From: Phoronis australis
Taxonomy: Eukaryota; Animalia; Phoronida
DNA: 48,330 nt
Assembly: GCA_002633005.1 (NCBI GenBank)
Contig: NMRA01000895.1
Coordinates: 1-48,330, forward strand
Direction: 5' to 3'
Made by a program: the position numbers and the translations under genes. Positions within the stretch are counted from its first letter, which is position 1. Every line of letters starts with the position of its first letter. The notes under the pieces are model-generated. The model saw only the letters and a list, made by a program, of their open reading frames with translations, was not told the origin of the DNA and searched no databases. Positions 38,301-48,330 of the stretch are shown piece after piece.

Positions 38301-41300
38301 TTGGAAGCCCACTTACTAGACTGTCGTGCCAAACTCATTAAAAATGATTGAAATGATTATGCTGCAACAATTAGAGCGTTCAAATATGAGATCGAGGCAT
38401 ATCATATTTATTCAAAAAGTAAAGTTTTGTCACCACTAGGGCAAATCAACATTCCAATCTCATGCCGTCCAGTCACTTCGGTTGCAGATATTTTGATGTT
38501 TTGCATCGATATGCAAGTAATCTCCAGTGCATACTCGAAAAACGTTCACCTTTGTGTCGCGTGCCCTTTGCAACGTCCCGCAATATCTTGCTTCGTTAAG
38601 ATTGAAGTTGGGTTCCCGGAACAGCTTCCGTGTTAGGAAGGCCACATTTGCAAAAACACAAAGACATCTCGAATTGTAAGATGACAAAACATTTATAGAG
38701 AAGTCGTCGTGACGATTTTAAGCAAAATACGTGATCACACTTAGCTTTACTCTCTCTACTGCATGTGGAACGCTTGCTTCAGGATGTCCACTTCAGGCTT
38801 AGGCCTATACAGTAATCTGGAGTGCAGTGTACCTTTTGTGCTTTCAGTAAAGTTGATGGTATTGTAAAATGCAAGGTCACAAAAATCTCGATATATTTCC
38901 ATTTACATGTATTAAAACAGAAGTCCTTACTTCTCGTCTTCGAAATCGAGTCCCCATTTCTTGCAAAGAAAACGAGGCTTGGCAAAGGGCGCGAGAGAGA
39001 AGTGTATTTTCACATGTATGCGATTTTGCCGATCTTATATTTAGCACTATAATGATTGGTCGGCGACCTTGGGCGTTTGATGGTGGGGTTTTATTCACAG
39101 CTATTTTTTCCATAAAATGAGCAATTTGAATAGCAAATGTTTTACTATCTGAAGATCGATATAGGCCAGCAAGTAGTCCCCCGTCTAAAGCTTATTGGCG
39201 ATGTTGCTATTCTGTCGGCAAAGTGGACGCTTACATTCTCTAAAAAGGGTTCAATACTTGTGATGAACTGTACTGCATGCTAGAATGAATAAACAAAGAT
39301 GGGATTAAAATGAACTATGTGATCAGCAAATTTAGTTCGGTGATTGATAGCAGTGTCAAACATGTTGTCAGTATTCCAATCCCCACTTTTTGGAAAACTG
39401 CTTAACGTGGTGTTAAAAACCTGTTTTTTGTAAGTAAACTTGACAACATTGTCCTCGCACTGGATGTTGTTATAACATATTTCAATATCTCAGGTATTCC
39501 TCCAAAGGGATTTCTTCCAGCTGCTGAAAGTTTTCTTGTAAAAGATCATGTTTCCAATTGAAGACGTTATCAGTCTGTACCTAATATTTTTGACCATCTG
39601 TCGTACATGTACATGTACCAGTACGTGATGGAAACGAACTCAGTAATTTGTTAGCTCAATGACTCAGTGGTAAACAACTCCAATGCCAGCTCATGTCACC
39701 TTAAAAATGACATCTAGCACGACCTCTATTCTGTAAAATTGTCTCAAAATATGTGAAATGCAATCGTGACTCGTGTCGTCTGGTTATGCAGAGTAGAACA
39801 GCAAGTACTGGAAGATTGCGTTTTAATGAAGTTGGAGTTATCCTATCTTGAGACAGCATTAGATCATCTGCAAACTAGCAAAATACAAAATATCATTACC
39901 ATTAACTTATAAACGTGTCAATTGATTGTCAGGAATCACGGACTGGGCAACTGAACTTCATTACAAGCTGTTGCAGAAGGTGTCTGACAGTGTCAGGAGC
40001 GAGGATTTTAACAGACTGAAGGCAGAGTGTCGACGTTGGATCACGTAAGGAAATCAGCTTTGCATGTTTATGAATGCATATACTGTTATGACGGTACTTC
40101 AAAGATATGCTGAGTACTGCTTTGGCCAATCAATAACTGCACATTTTCAAGTTAAATAAACTAGATAAGTAGCGGTCGAGTAAGTCAAAACCCCATAAGC
40201 TTCGTATTCCCATCACTTTAACACTCGAGAACAAGAACTGTCAATTTGCCGTATTTCACGCCTCCATTGTTGTCATAGACGTAAAATTAGATCAGTCACC
40301 ATTGCGTGATACATGGCGTCTTCAGCTAATAGTCTCATTAACATCAGAGCTCCCAAGATAGCTTCAAGTCTCAACGAGATCTTTTTGAGATTAATACATG
40401 GGCGCCGCGTCATAGGGAGCTGGGGTGTATAGGCTCCCACTTTTTCCAGTGTTTCGCCGCCCATGGTCTACGGACAGTGCACTGCATGGGGGTTGGGGGG
40501 GGGGGGGCTATAGGTAACCCCAATTTATTCAGTTCTGCGCCGCTCATGTAAAAGTGGACGGATTCAATAATGTTTATAAGTTGTGTGTAGGCTCAATGGG
40601 GAAGATTGGGCGAGATTTCGTACATTCTTGTATCTTTCGATCAAATGCTTTTGGAAATCTTCCATAACTCCTCTCATTATCCGATTTTTTCAAGTTATTT
40701 CAATCGGGGCATCAGATGTATGTCAAATAATGTTATTCAGTTGTCAATTATAAGACAGCTCTGTTATACAAATTATTTACATAAATGTGTTAGTGAGTAC
40801 TAAAACAGGTGAACTTATCTGTGAAGTTCAGTAAGGAATGTGAACGTCTGAATGTTGCGGGTGAGTAGAATATGGGCTTTTTAGGGGTAATTTTAGAATA
40901 AATAGTTATGTCTCTGCATGCATGTGCTCGAAGATTCTTCAACTGTAAATGAAGTTAATGTAAATGTCTTGATTAAAGGCCAGCAACACTACAGGGTATA
41001 ACAAGCACTCGTGAACTCCTCGAACAACTCGAGAGGCAAGCGGTTATTGGATTTGGGAAGTACAGCAATCTAATACATATACTGGGTCTGGTGGATCTGA
41101 ACACTCTTCAGGTTACAGTGAAAACATTATCACAAGAAATAAATGCACTTGGAATAAGAGGTAATTTTGATCTATTTCAGATGACCATATACCTGTTATT
41201 ACTGATTAAATGCATTTGTTATATTTTGACTATATTTATGGTTTCGATGTCTGCTGTTACTGCAATGGCTGGTGAGTACGACAAGCAATAATGCTCGATT

Positions 41301-44070
41301 TTAATGTCAAATCATAAGGCAATAAGACCTGTGTCGAATTGATCCGCCTGGTGCATGAAAACCTCCAATAAGAAATAACATTTTTTAGCTCCTGGGCCCG
41401 GTCTCCAAACTTTTTACTCGAAATGGAACTCGAAATTAAGTTTGGCATTTTCTACTCTACTTTTGGGCGAACTCAAGATAAGTGTCTATTATTCTATGCT
41501 CGAGTACACAATAACTTACGTAGATAATTTATTGCCCTTAGTTCACAGTTTGTAAAACCAATATTAAAGCAATAAGTTCGAGTTTTTACTCGAGATTGTA
41601 GCACGAATATAAGGGTCTTCAAGGGCAAACTTGATCTAGAAACTCATATGCATAAACTATAATGTATTCGAGCACAGTCTCATAACCAATTATCTTAAGT
41701 TCGCACAAAAGGAGCAGAGAAATTGCCAAATAGTTTCGAGTTCATTTCGAGTACAAAGATTGGAGACTGGGCCCTGGATGGTTTTGAGTATCTCTGACGT
41801 GGCTATAATTGATGTCAATGGTAAACGTCATTTTCTTTTGACAAAACTGGCCTCAAACCCACATTGCCTTTGGGTTTTTTGTTTAAGCTTGCCTTGTCAA
41901 TAACCAGTCTAGACAAATGCAGTTACTGTTTTATGAAAGGATTGGATAAAACTCGTATGAAATATTCACCCATAACTAGATGTTTTTCCCTCCTTGCAGT
42001 TTGAAACCAGGACAGCCGCATAATTTGGGTTATGCACTTGAGACATAGTAAGAACAATTGCACAATGTATAGACAATACATAACAACAGGATGGACCCAG
42101 TGCACTGTTAAATTGGCAAAAGATACATATTGAGTAACTGTTCAAGAGGCTTTTAGAATAACAATAGATCCTCGTAGTTCACATAGTCAAGTTGGCTTTT
42201 TATAACGTCTTTGATCCCTTGTGCAAAATTAACAACGAAATAAGACAGTTACCAGATCTGCGGTTATCTTTTGCAGTGGACATAACACACTTACAGTAAG
42301 TATGTTTACCCGAATGTAGGCGTGGCAGAATTGTATTGCCACTCCCCATTGACACCAGTGCTAGACAAGCATTTTTCATCAATTACATGCCCACAAATGT
42401 TGTCAATCAGCCACCCTTTCCTCGACAATATTTATGTATCTGTGTCGACAATTCGCGCACCATACAAATCATCGAATCAGTGATCACGTTGTCAAACATA
42501 CCTTATACAACTGTACAGTGTAGAATTTTCAATTTATTTACAGGACCACCGGATACGGCAGTCAATTCCCACAGCCAGCAGTTAGAAGAGGATACTAAAA
42601 CAGTTATTACGTGAGAAAAACAACGTAGATTTAGGTCTCAACAATGAGATTAATAACCAAATAAACAAGCATGCCTTTCACTATTGGCGTCATCTATTGC
42701 TAAACGTGTTGCAGTAGTGTATAGATTCAATTGGACTCTTTGCGTTAACTTAAGCAACAAGCGTTTTACACGACTGAGCATTTTTATTTCATGATGTTGA
42801 AAACTGTCATTTCTCCTCATTGATTCTAACGTTTTAAATAATTTTGATTGGGACACTATAAGTAGTCCAATTTATATGCTGTTGCCAAAAACCATACAGT
42901 CTTTTATTTTGATTGGACTATGGTTGTATACAAAGTACTGTACATGTGGCCATTTTGGTGAAGGTAAAAGGTAAGGTTTAAGACTGAATATTTCGTACGA
43001 GTAGGATTTTATTGCTTGAAATTTCCAAAAAAAAATAAAACTTAAAAAGAACTTTCGTATATTTTAAAATAGTTTGTGTTGTTTTTAACTCGATTGATCC
43101 AACAGCAACGCAATTGCTAAAATTTAATCACTTTTAAGAATAAGGTTTGCATTTGAAAAGTAGTAATTGACAGTGGCAATTATTTTTGTTAGACTCCAAG
43201 TATTTTTGAAATTCAAACATTTGCCTTTTCGCGGTTTTGATATCAGTCTTTGACAACTCACCATGAAAGTCTTATGCAGTTCCAAGTTCCCTTACTTCTT
43301 TTTTATCCGAACGCCATTGATACCAGTTGGCGTTGTAATTTCTCTGCGCACAAAACACTCAGTGTATAGGCTATCGGTGACGGCAATCACACCATAGGTC
43401 CGTCATAAAATCAGCCGAAATTATGACACCAGAACTCGAGTACCATCTATGACTGAAATTACAAATTCCCTTTTAGTGCATAGTAAAAAAAGCGCCAATA
43501 TGTGGATTCCCCATCTCTAAAGTATTAAATAAAATGACACAATTTGCAGAGATATTGAACAATCAGTAATCAGTTGCCAGTAGCAAGTATGGGTAATCGA
43601 AAGGGAACTAGAAAACGATTGTAAAAATTCAAGTCCAGTCAATTCATTTATAGTCGGTTATGGTAACACAGTAGAACAATATGTCCACTGTCTATTGCAG
43701 TATACTGAAACGTAAATACATAGAGCAACAAAGGAAAAATTACGTTTTAATCAAATATCCTAAGGTATCTAGGGTTTCGTCTACAGAACTGACATAAACG
43801 TCTTTTGGTCATGTATTTATATTTTCATCAACGTTCTTCAAACACCAGACATATTCCACTTGGCAATTGTACCTCTTAGCTCTTCGTCTTTCACATAGTT
43901 GAGTCAACTATTATTCTGTGATTTAAATGGTTTGCACTACATATGACTTCATTTTTTTCAGGTCCACCAGGGGCATGATTATTGACTTTGGACCGTTCGG
44001 GCTAACTGTGTGCTCTGTAGTGGCAATTTTAGTTTCATGTATTTTCCTGCATCTCATAGGTGTTCTCTGA
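23383..44070 (+). CDS. 5'-partial multi-exon gene: ankyrin repeat - ZU5/UPA-like - death effector domain - C-terminal TM protein
   Basis: Exons (phases): 23383-23481 (0-0), 25095-25215 (0-1), 32975-33100 (1-1), 35577-36400 (1-0), 38103-38157 (0-1), 39933-40044 (1-2), 40979-41160 (2-1), 42544-42610 (1-2), 43962-44070 (2-stop). All are AG/GT bounded and total 1695 nt with no internal stop. Linkage of the first three exons is less certain than that of the last six. Confidence 0.72.
27307..31257 (+). mobile_element. Academ (AcademX-type) DNA transposon, decayed, intronic
   Basis: Termini TAGTCTAGACGCATTTC ... GAAATGCGTCTAGACTA, long imperfect TIRs (over 170 bp, sharing TTTTTGACCATCTAATTTGCATAAACAAAATGG), and TTT on both flanks. 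Disrupted + strand coding: VLTVDQAL (transposase), FDGEAL, DVVFDRY, THEEANARLVLHA, FHAVTG (XPG-like nuclease) and a C-terminal Cys cluster. Confidence 0.85.
34380..35500 (-). mobile_element. Decayed CR1/L2-type LINE 3' fragment
   Basis: Minus-strand remnants SVLGPLLFL (about 35215-35245), FHADKT (about 35085-35102), LQVFQNKIIR (about 34755-34785) and VWNSL (about 34510-34527). Boundaries are approximate. Confidence 0.65.
35577..36400 (+). CDS. Large exon encoding a ZU5-like plus UPA-like region
   Basis: IIDGAAGGVIQWKEIGLKIPPNAI (ZU5 start, GG..L.IP.GAI), FSEPVEVRV and YYCKTFSDLHVV, followed by a beta-rich Cys-containing region. Acceptor ccctttag, donor CAT|gtaagc. Confidence 0.8.
37256..37860 (+). 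mobile_element. Penelope-like element remnant (RT C-terminus and GIY-YIG region)
   Basis: RIKQIMMNNDYSNKFVD..LFYRNQF..LKLIIH, then LIYQFNCPNNEC, RLSMHLQN, SIKDHF and LKILEALI, with stops and frameshifts. Confidence 0.75.
37915..37990. repeat. (TATATG)n / TA-rich microsatellite
   Basis: Tandem TATATG units are directly visible. Confidence 0.8.
39933..41160 (+). CDS. Two exons encoding a death effector domain (DED)-like fold
   Basis: Spliced 39933-40044 + 40979-41160 reads HYKLLQKVSDSVRSEDFNRLKAECRRWITPATLQGITSTRELLEQLERQAVIGFGKYSNLIHILGLVDLNTLQVTVK. This follows the DED pattern LL..ISE.L..EDL..LKFLC...I....LE.I.S..DLF..LE. Confidence 0.75.
40397..40548. mobile_element. GC-rich MITE, same family as 6753-6894, opposite orientation
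   Basis: CATGGGCGCCGC ... GCGCCGCTCATG, with internal blocks (CCCACTTTTT, CATGGTCTA, CCCCAATTT) collinear with the reverse complement of 6753-6894. Confidence 0.65.
41395..41773. mobile_element. PIF/Harbinger-like MITE
   Basis: About 40-bp imperfect TIR GGCCCGGTCTCCAAAC..TACTCGAAATG / ..TTTCGAGTACAAAGATTGGAGACTGGGCC, with a 3-bp TSD CTG at 41392-41394 and 41774-41776. Confidence 0.8.
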
Positions 44071-44954
44071 TAGATCTCTATGAGTAGTGGAAAATAGATT
44101 CTTCGAAATGGACTACGGCGCCTTTCCATTTTCCGGCGGTTTTGACCTTTTAGTGATGTGTATTGGCCATAGTTTTATGCACTTTTGAATCTATTTTTGG
44201 TATACAGTGTATGTATCTGGCAAGTAGCTAGAGAGGGTCGTAATGACAATTGGCAGGTGTGTCTGAAAAGGAAAGCATGTCTGCTGGTGGTGGGTTTTTG
44301 CCCGGCTGCTGCAATATCTTTAACCTTGTCTGAAAGTTAGCATATGCGTTCTTTGGGAGCTGACAACATAAGGTGAGCTCTTTCACACCAGCCGGACGTC
44401 TGATGTGGTCCGTAGTTGTGATACAAGGGATTGATGTCTTTACATTTTCGGAGTTTGTAAGGGCCTTTCTGTGAAATTTGTCAAGCATATTCCTACCAAT
44501 GACACAGCGACACTTTTTGGACGTATTGTTTATTATCACAAGTCCGTTTTTATCGACTGTCTCTCTTTTTGCCTTACTGCTCAAAGTGTAGTTTCAGTCA
44601 CCAGCTGTGTTCTTGATCATAAGGTCATAGCTAACACTGATTTTTGGATGAGTTTGGCAATTGCGGCTCTCCCTACGCGTCCACAGATGTACTTATATCT
44701 CATTAAAGTCAGGATAAATATTGCCAAATTCGTTTAGACGTGTGAAATATATGATCTTTTGTACAACACTTTTGTTTCGTTTTATTCCATCCAACAACAA
44801 CTTAATTGCAATTCTGTTCCACTCTCCGCAATAAGTGGCTACATAGGAAAATCCCCTCATTTTCTTGATCAATCAGCGACGATTAGTACACTGACTGCGG
44901 TGTGGGATCACACATTTCCACACAGTTGAACGCCAGTTGGAACAGTAAATAAAA

Positions 44955-46180
44955 ACTAGAAATATTATTGTCACGGCGTGACAATAACGGACTCTGCGCG
45001 TGCGTATTACAGTAATTATTTTGCCAAGTTGCTGACAGCAACCCGTTTACCAATATGAAAAGGAATTCTTTAAAATTGTAGGATAATTTACGTATTAATT
45101 TTTGATGACCTTTCCACTAACTGACCTCTTCCGGTGCATTATGAGCCCCGAGGAGGGAGTAATTGTAAATACGATTAAAAGTGTAGTTAATGCTAAAAAT
45201 CACAGATGCTTTACTTTAAGCACTTCAGAATACAAGATCAATGAATTGGTCAAACATTTAGAAGAAAAATGAACCTCATGACCCCATGGGTGCACCAAAT
45301 GACCTGAAAATGTAGAATTCAAACTCAGTCGCATTTAGTAAACAAACATGTAATTTTGAATTCTTTAGCTCAAATTTTTAGTTTTGCACTCAATGACCTA
45401 TTTTTTCTGATTGGGTTGCCTATTGCGAAATAAAGTAGGGTATTCAATCGGCATGTTGACATACACCAGTGCGCTGAAATTGAAGGAAATTCCTTGAAAA
45501 ACGTAAGAGATATCACATTTTGAACGTTAAACGACCTTTGCACTAATTAACCATATCCGGTGCATTATAAGCGTCTTTAGGAGAATTATTGCAGAGCCCA
45601 TAAAAATGTGTTTAATGCTGAGAATCACAGTTGTCTATCGGTTGACACATCAGAATGCTTGCTGATTAAAAAGGTCAATTTTTCAGAAGAAAAATGCACC
45701 TAATGACCCCATGTTTGCACTAAATGACCTGAAACTTTGGATAACAAAATTTAGTTACCTGTGCCAATCAAACCTGTCAATTTGAAATTTCTAGCTCAAA
45801 ATTTTAGTTTGCACCTACTGACCTTTGACCTATTTCACTTGATTGGAGGACCCGATTACTTATGAAAGTAATTTCTAAAATTGCCTTATTGACTTATACC
45901 AGTACACCGAATTTGAAAAGAAAACCTTTAAAAATGAAGAAAGAGTAGCTTTTAGAAAATTACATGACCTTTGCACCAATCGACCTCTTCCGGTGCAATA
46001 TGATTATATAACGAATCAAAATTTATGTACTGTCAAAAGTCATATGCTGAATTTAAGGAACGTACAGTGTAGGTGCACCCATATTGGAGTTATTAAACCT
46101 CGAAGTTGGTCGAAAGAAGAATGAAGTTGAAGAAAACCCAGGAACAACAGTACTCTGTGTTTACACGCGCAGAGTAACTA
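44955..46180 (-). mobile_element. Helentron-associated interspersed element (HINE/DINE-1-like) with an internal ~430-bp tandem repeat
   Basis: Subterminal inverted repeats ACTCTGCGCGTG (44991) / CACGCGCAGAGT (46164), a local hairpin at 46151-46176, an 11-bp palindrome at 44965-44987, and a CTAG end. Repeat units start at about 45106, 45533 and 45965. Confidence 0.75.
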
Positions 46181-47254
46181 CTTTGCCCAAGGAACTTTAA
46201 CAGATCATGGGCTTTCGGGATGTATGAATTGATAACGTAATTACGAACACAAATAATGGTGCAAACATGTAAAGCACCTTCAAACCCAACAAATTGAACA
46301 TCAGCGTTGATGTGTGATCGCTATCAATTAATTGACGGCGATGAAGACATGCCATAACCGTCGTTGGAACTAGGGTTGTCATTTCCACATTGCCATAAAA
46401 AGTGAAACGCTCGTTGACACAGAATCACTTGTCATTTACAAGTCAAAATCGTCTGCCAGGTACATCTCCTGACGCGCACACAGTGGAGCTGAAGATTGCG
46501 CAATGCGATGCTGTTGTAGATATTGTTAATGGATCATCCGGACGTCTTGCAAGAAACAAATAAAGTACATGTAGTTTGTTATGATCTATCGCAAGCTCCG
46601 CCCCTGTGCGAAAAGTCACAAGATACCCGACATTCGAACGAGATGTCAGAGGCAAATACACTGTCGCTATACGACGTTCCTGGTGAAATCGATGAGTCAT
46701 TTTGCACTGTTTGAAAACGAGTCGACAGAGACAAGGGGCGATGCTTTTCAACAGTGAGTCGTACGTTCATGATATGGGAATTTGTAAAGGTTACGATGAA
46801 AAAATAGGTGCTCGAGGAGCCAGCGAAAATCCGAAGAACCCCTCGGCCTCGGGGCCACCTTCACCTGACAAATGACAAGGCCACTGATACGATATGTTCA
46901 TGTAAAGCTGGGTATGTACATTAAAGTCGAATTATGTGTACGATTCCATAGATTTCATGATCTTTCGATTATAATCAGTGAAGATTCACCGATATTTTTA
47001 TTCTGTGGTCTGCTAAATTTCGCCAAATGAAAAGTAGTTCACAACTGGTGGGACACCTGGAGTAAAGTAGGTCATAGATTACAGACAACATATGCACTAT
47101 AATCTCTGAGTAGATAGACTCGATAGGTTTTCTAAACTTGTAACCAAATATTTTTATAAAAAATTCAGGTTCATAGCTCAGGTACACACTCATCTCGTCC
47201 TGGGCAAACAGGTAGGTCTAGGGCTGTGTCTAAGTAAAATTAATGTCTGCAATT

Positions 47255-47574
47255 CAGTGGCGGATCTAGGATCAACAAGGGGGGCCCAACGTATGTTGCC
47301 TCGTGGAATTGGGCAAAGTGGGTTTGTATGTGCACAGGCGGCCCGAAAGCTGCAAGGGCCAGGGATGTAGAGTGTTGGACCTTCTGTTCAGAAAATCTAT
47401 CGGTGGACTAAAAAAAAAACAAGAACACGATTGCGTCCCGATCTGGGGTCTGAGCCCCCCCCCTCTTCCGCTTCCTGTCCTAGTTACTGAACTCAATATT
47501 TCTTCACGCTTTTGCCGTTTCATTTTGCCTGCGGGGGCTGGGGCGCCTGCCCCCCCCCCCTTAATCCACCTATG
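47255..47574. mobile_element. MITE-like element (CAGTGGCGGATCTAGG family)
   Basis: Left end CAGTGGCGGATCTAGG, with a degenerate right end CCCCCCTTAATCCACCTATG. Confidence 0.5.
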
Positions 47575-48330
47575 GAATTGTCCGTTTGCACCATCAAGAC
47601 ATTTAATTTAGGCCTACCTTCTTATGAACTTGGCATTTTTCGTAGTTTCATTCAATAAAGGTAGATTTCATTTAATTTTGAAGGTACCATGATCACTAAG
47701 TCGTGGTATGGTTACAAAAGATTACAAGTCTGGTGTGGTAGTTGCAAAAATAGGGTATTTACAAAAATAACTCAAATTCTTTTTTAAAGCTTCATAAATC
47801 TAAATATAATGTTTGAACAACACCAAAATGAGCTATCTCTCTAACTCTGCAAACATAGTGTATATTAGAGGTACACGTCAAAAAGTAATTCAACAGTTTT
47901 TTTTAGTGAGAACAGCTCGACCAAGGCTTTGAGTTCTGGCAGTAATCCAGTGCCCTTCCCTGCGCGATCGAATCTCTGAATTTTGACCGGGAGAGAAGTT
48001 CAGTTGAACGCCAGCTTAAGGTTTATGAATAACAAAAAATGTACCTCTGATACGAAACAAAATACAGTCCATTAGGTTGAAATAAATAAAAAAACATAAA
48101 ATAAAAATGTCCTTGAAAACAACAATTTCCAGGGCCTACCGCTAGAGTGCTGAGATCCAGCAGGTGCCGAGACAAAGGCGGCCAGACCTAGCCAACTCGG
48201 GAGTCAAAATCTGAGATAGCCCTGCACCATAGCCACCAAGCTGAAAAGTGCGTATCATGGAACTAATATATTTGTGTTTATTATAGCCTTCGAGTTATCA
48301 AGCAACATCGCTAAGTTCAGCTGCTCGTGT

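Noticed and set aside
46443-47210. Overlapping short ORFs and splice-like signals on both strands
   Set aside because: No consistent phase chain or recognisable domain. It could be an exon of a neighbouring gene but I cannot support that.
1-48330. Prokaryotic systems (CRISPR array, operon, defence island) suggested by the bacterial-type GH31 gene
   Set aside because: The window has spliceosomal introns and animal transposons throughout, with no repeat-spacer arrays or operon-like gene density.

Overview
This is intron-rich animal genomic DNA from a draft scaffold, probably a marine invertebrate (inferred from repeat content). It has one ~430-bp N gap and four single-N joins. Host genes: (1) the 3' six exons of a GH31 sulfoquinovosidase (YihQ-like) gene at 595-6412, with Phe in place of the sulfonate-binding Tyr; (2) an orphan terminal exon of a divergent RhoGDI at 21835-22034; (3) a 9-exon gene at 23383-44070, assembled by hand and mostly invisible to the ORF track, whose splice phases close into a 564-aa partial frame reading ankyrin repeat - linker - ZU5/UPA-like - death effector domain - C-terminal transmembrane tail; (4) possibly a small two-TM ORF at 12746-13030 (-). 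The rest is transposon-rich: a BEL/Pao LTR retrotransposon whose flanks lack a matching TSD, two Academ-type DNA transposons, a piggyBac deletion derivative, CR1/L2 and Penelope remnants (one with a hammerhead-ribozyme-like motif), a Helentron-associated element carrying a ~430-bp tandem repeat, and several MITEs. All family assignments come from motif recognition, not database searches.
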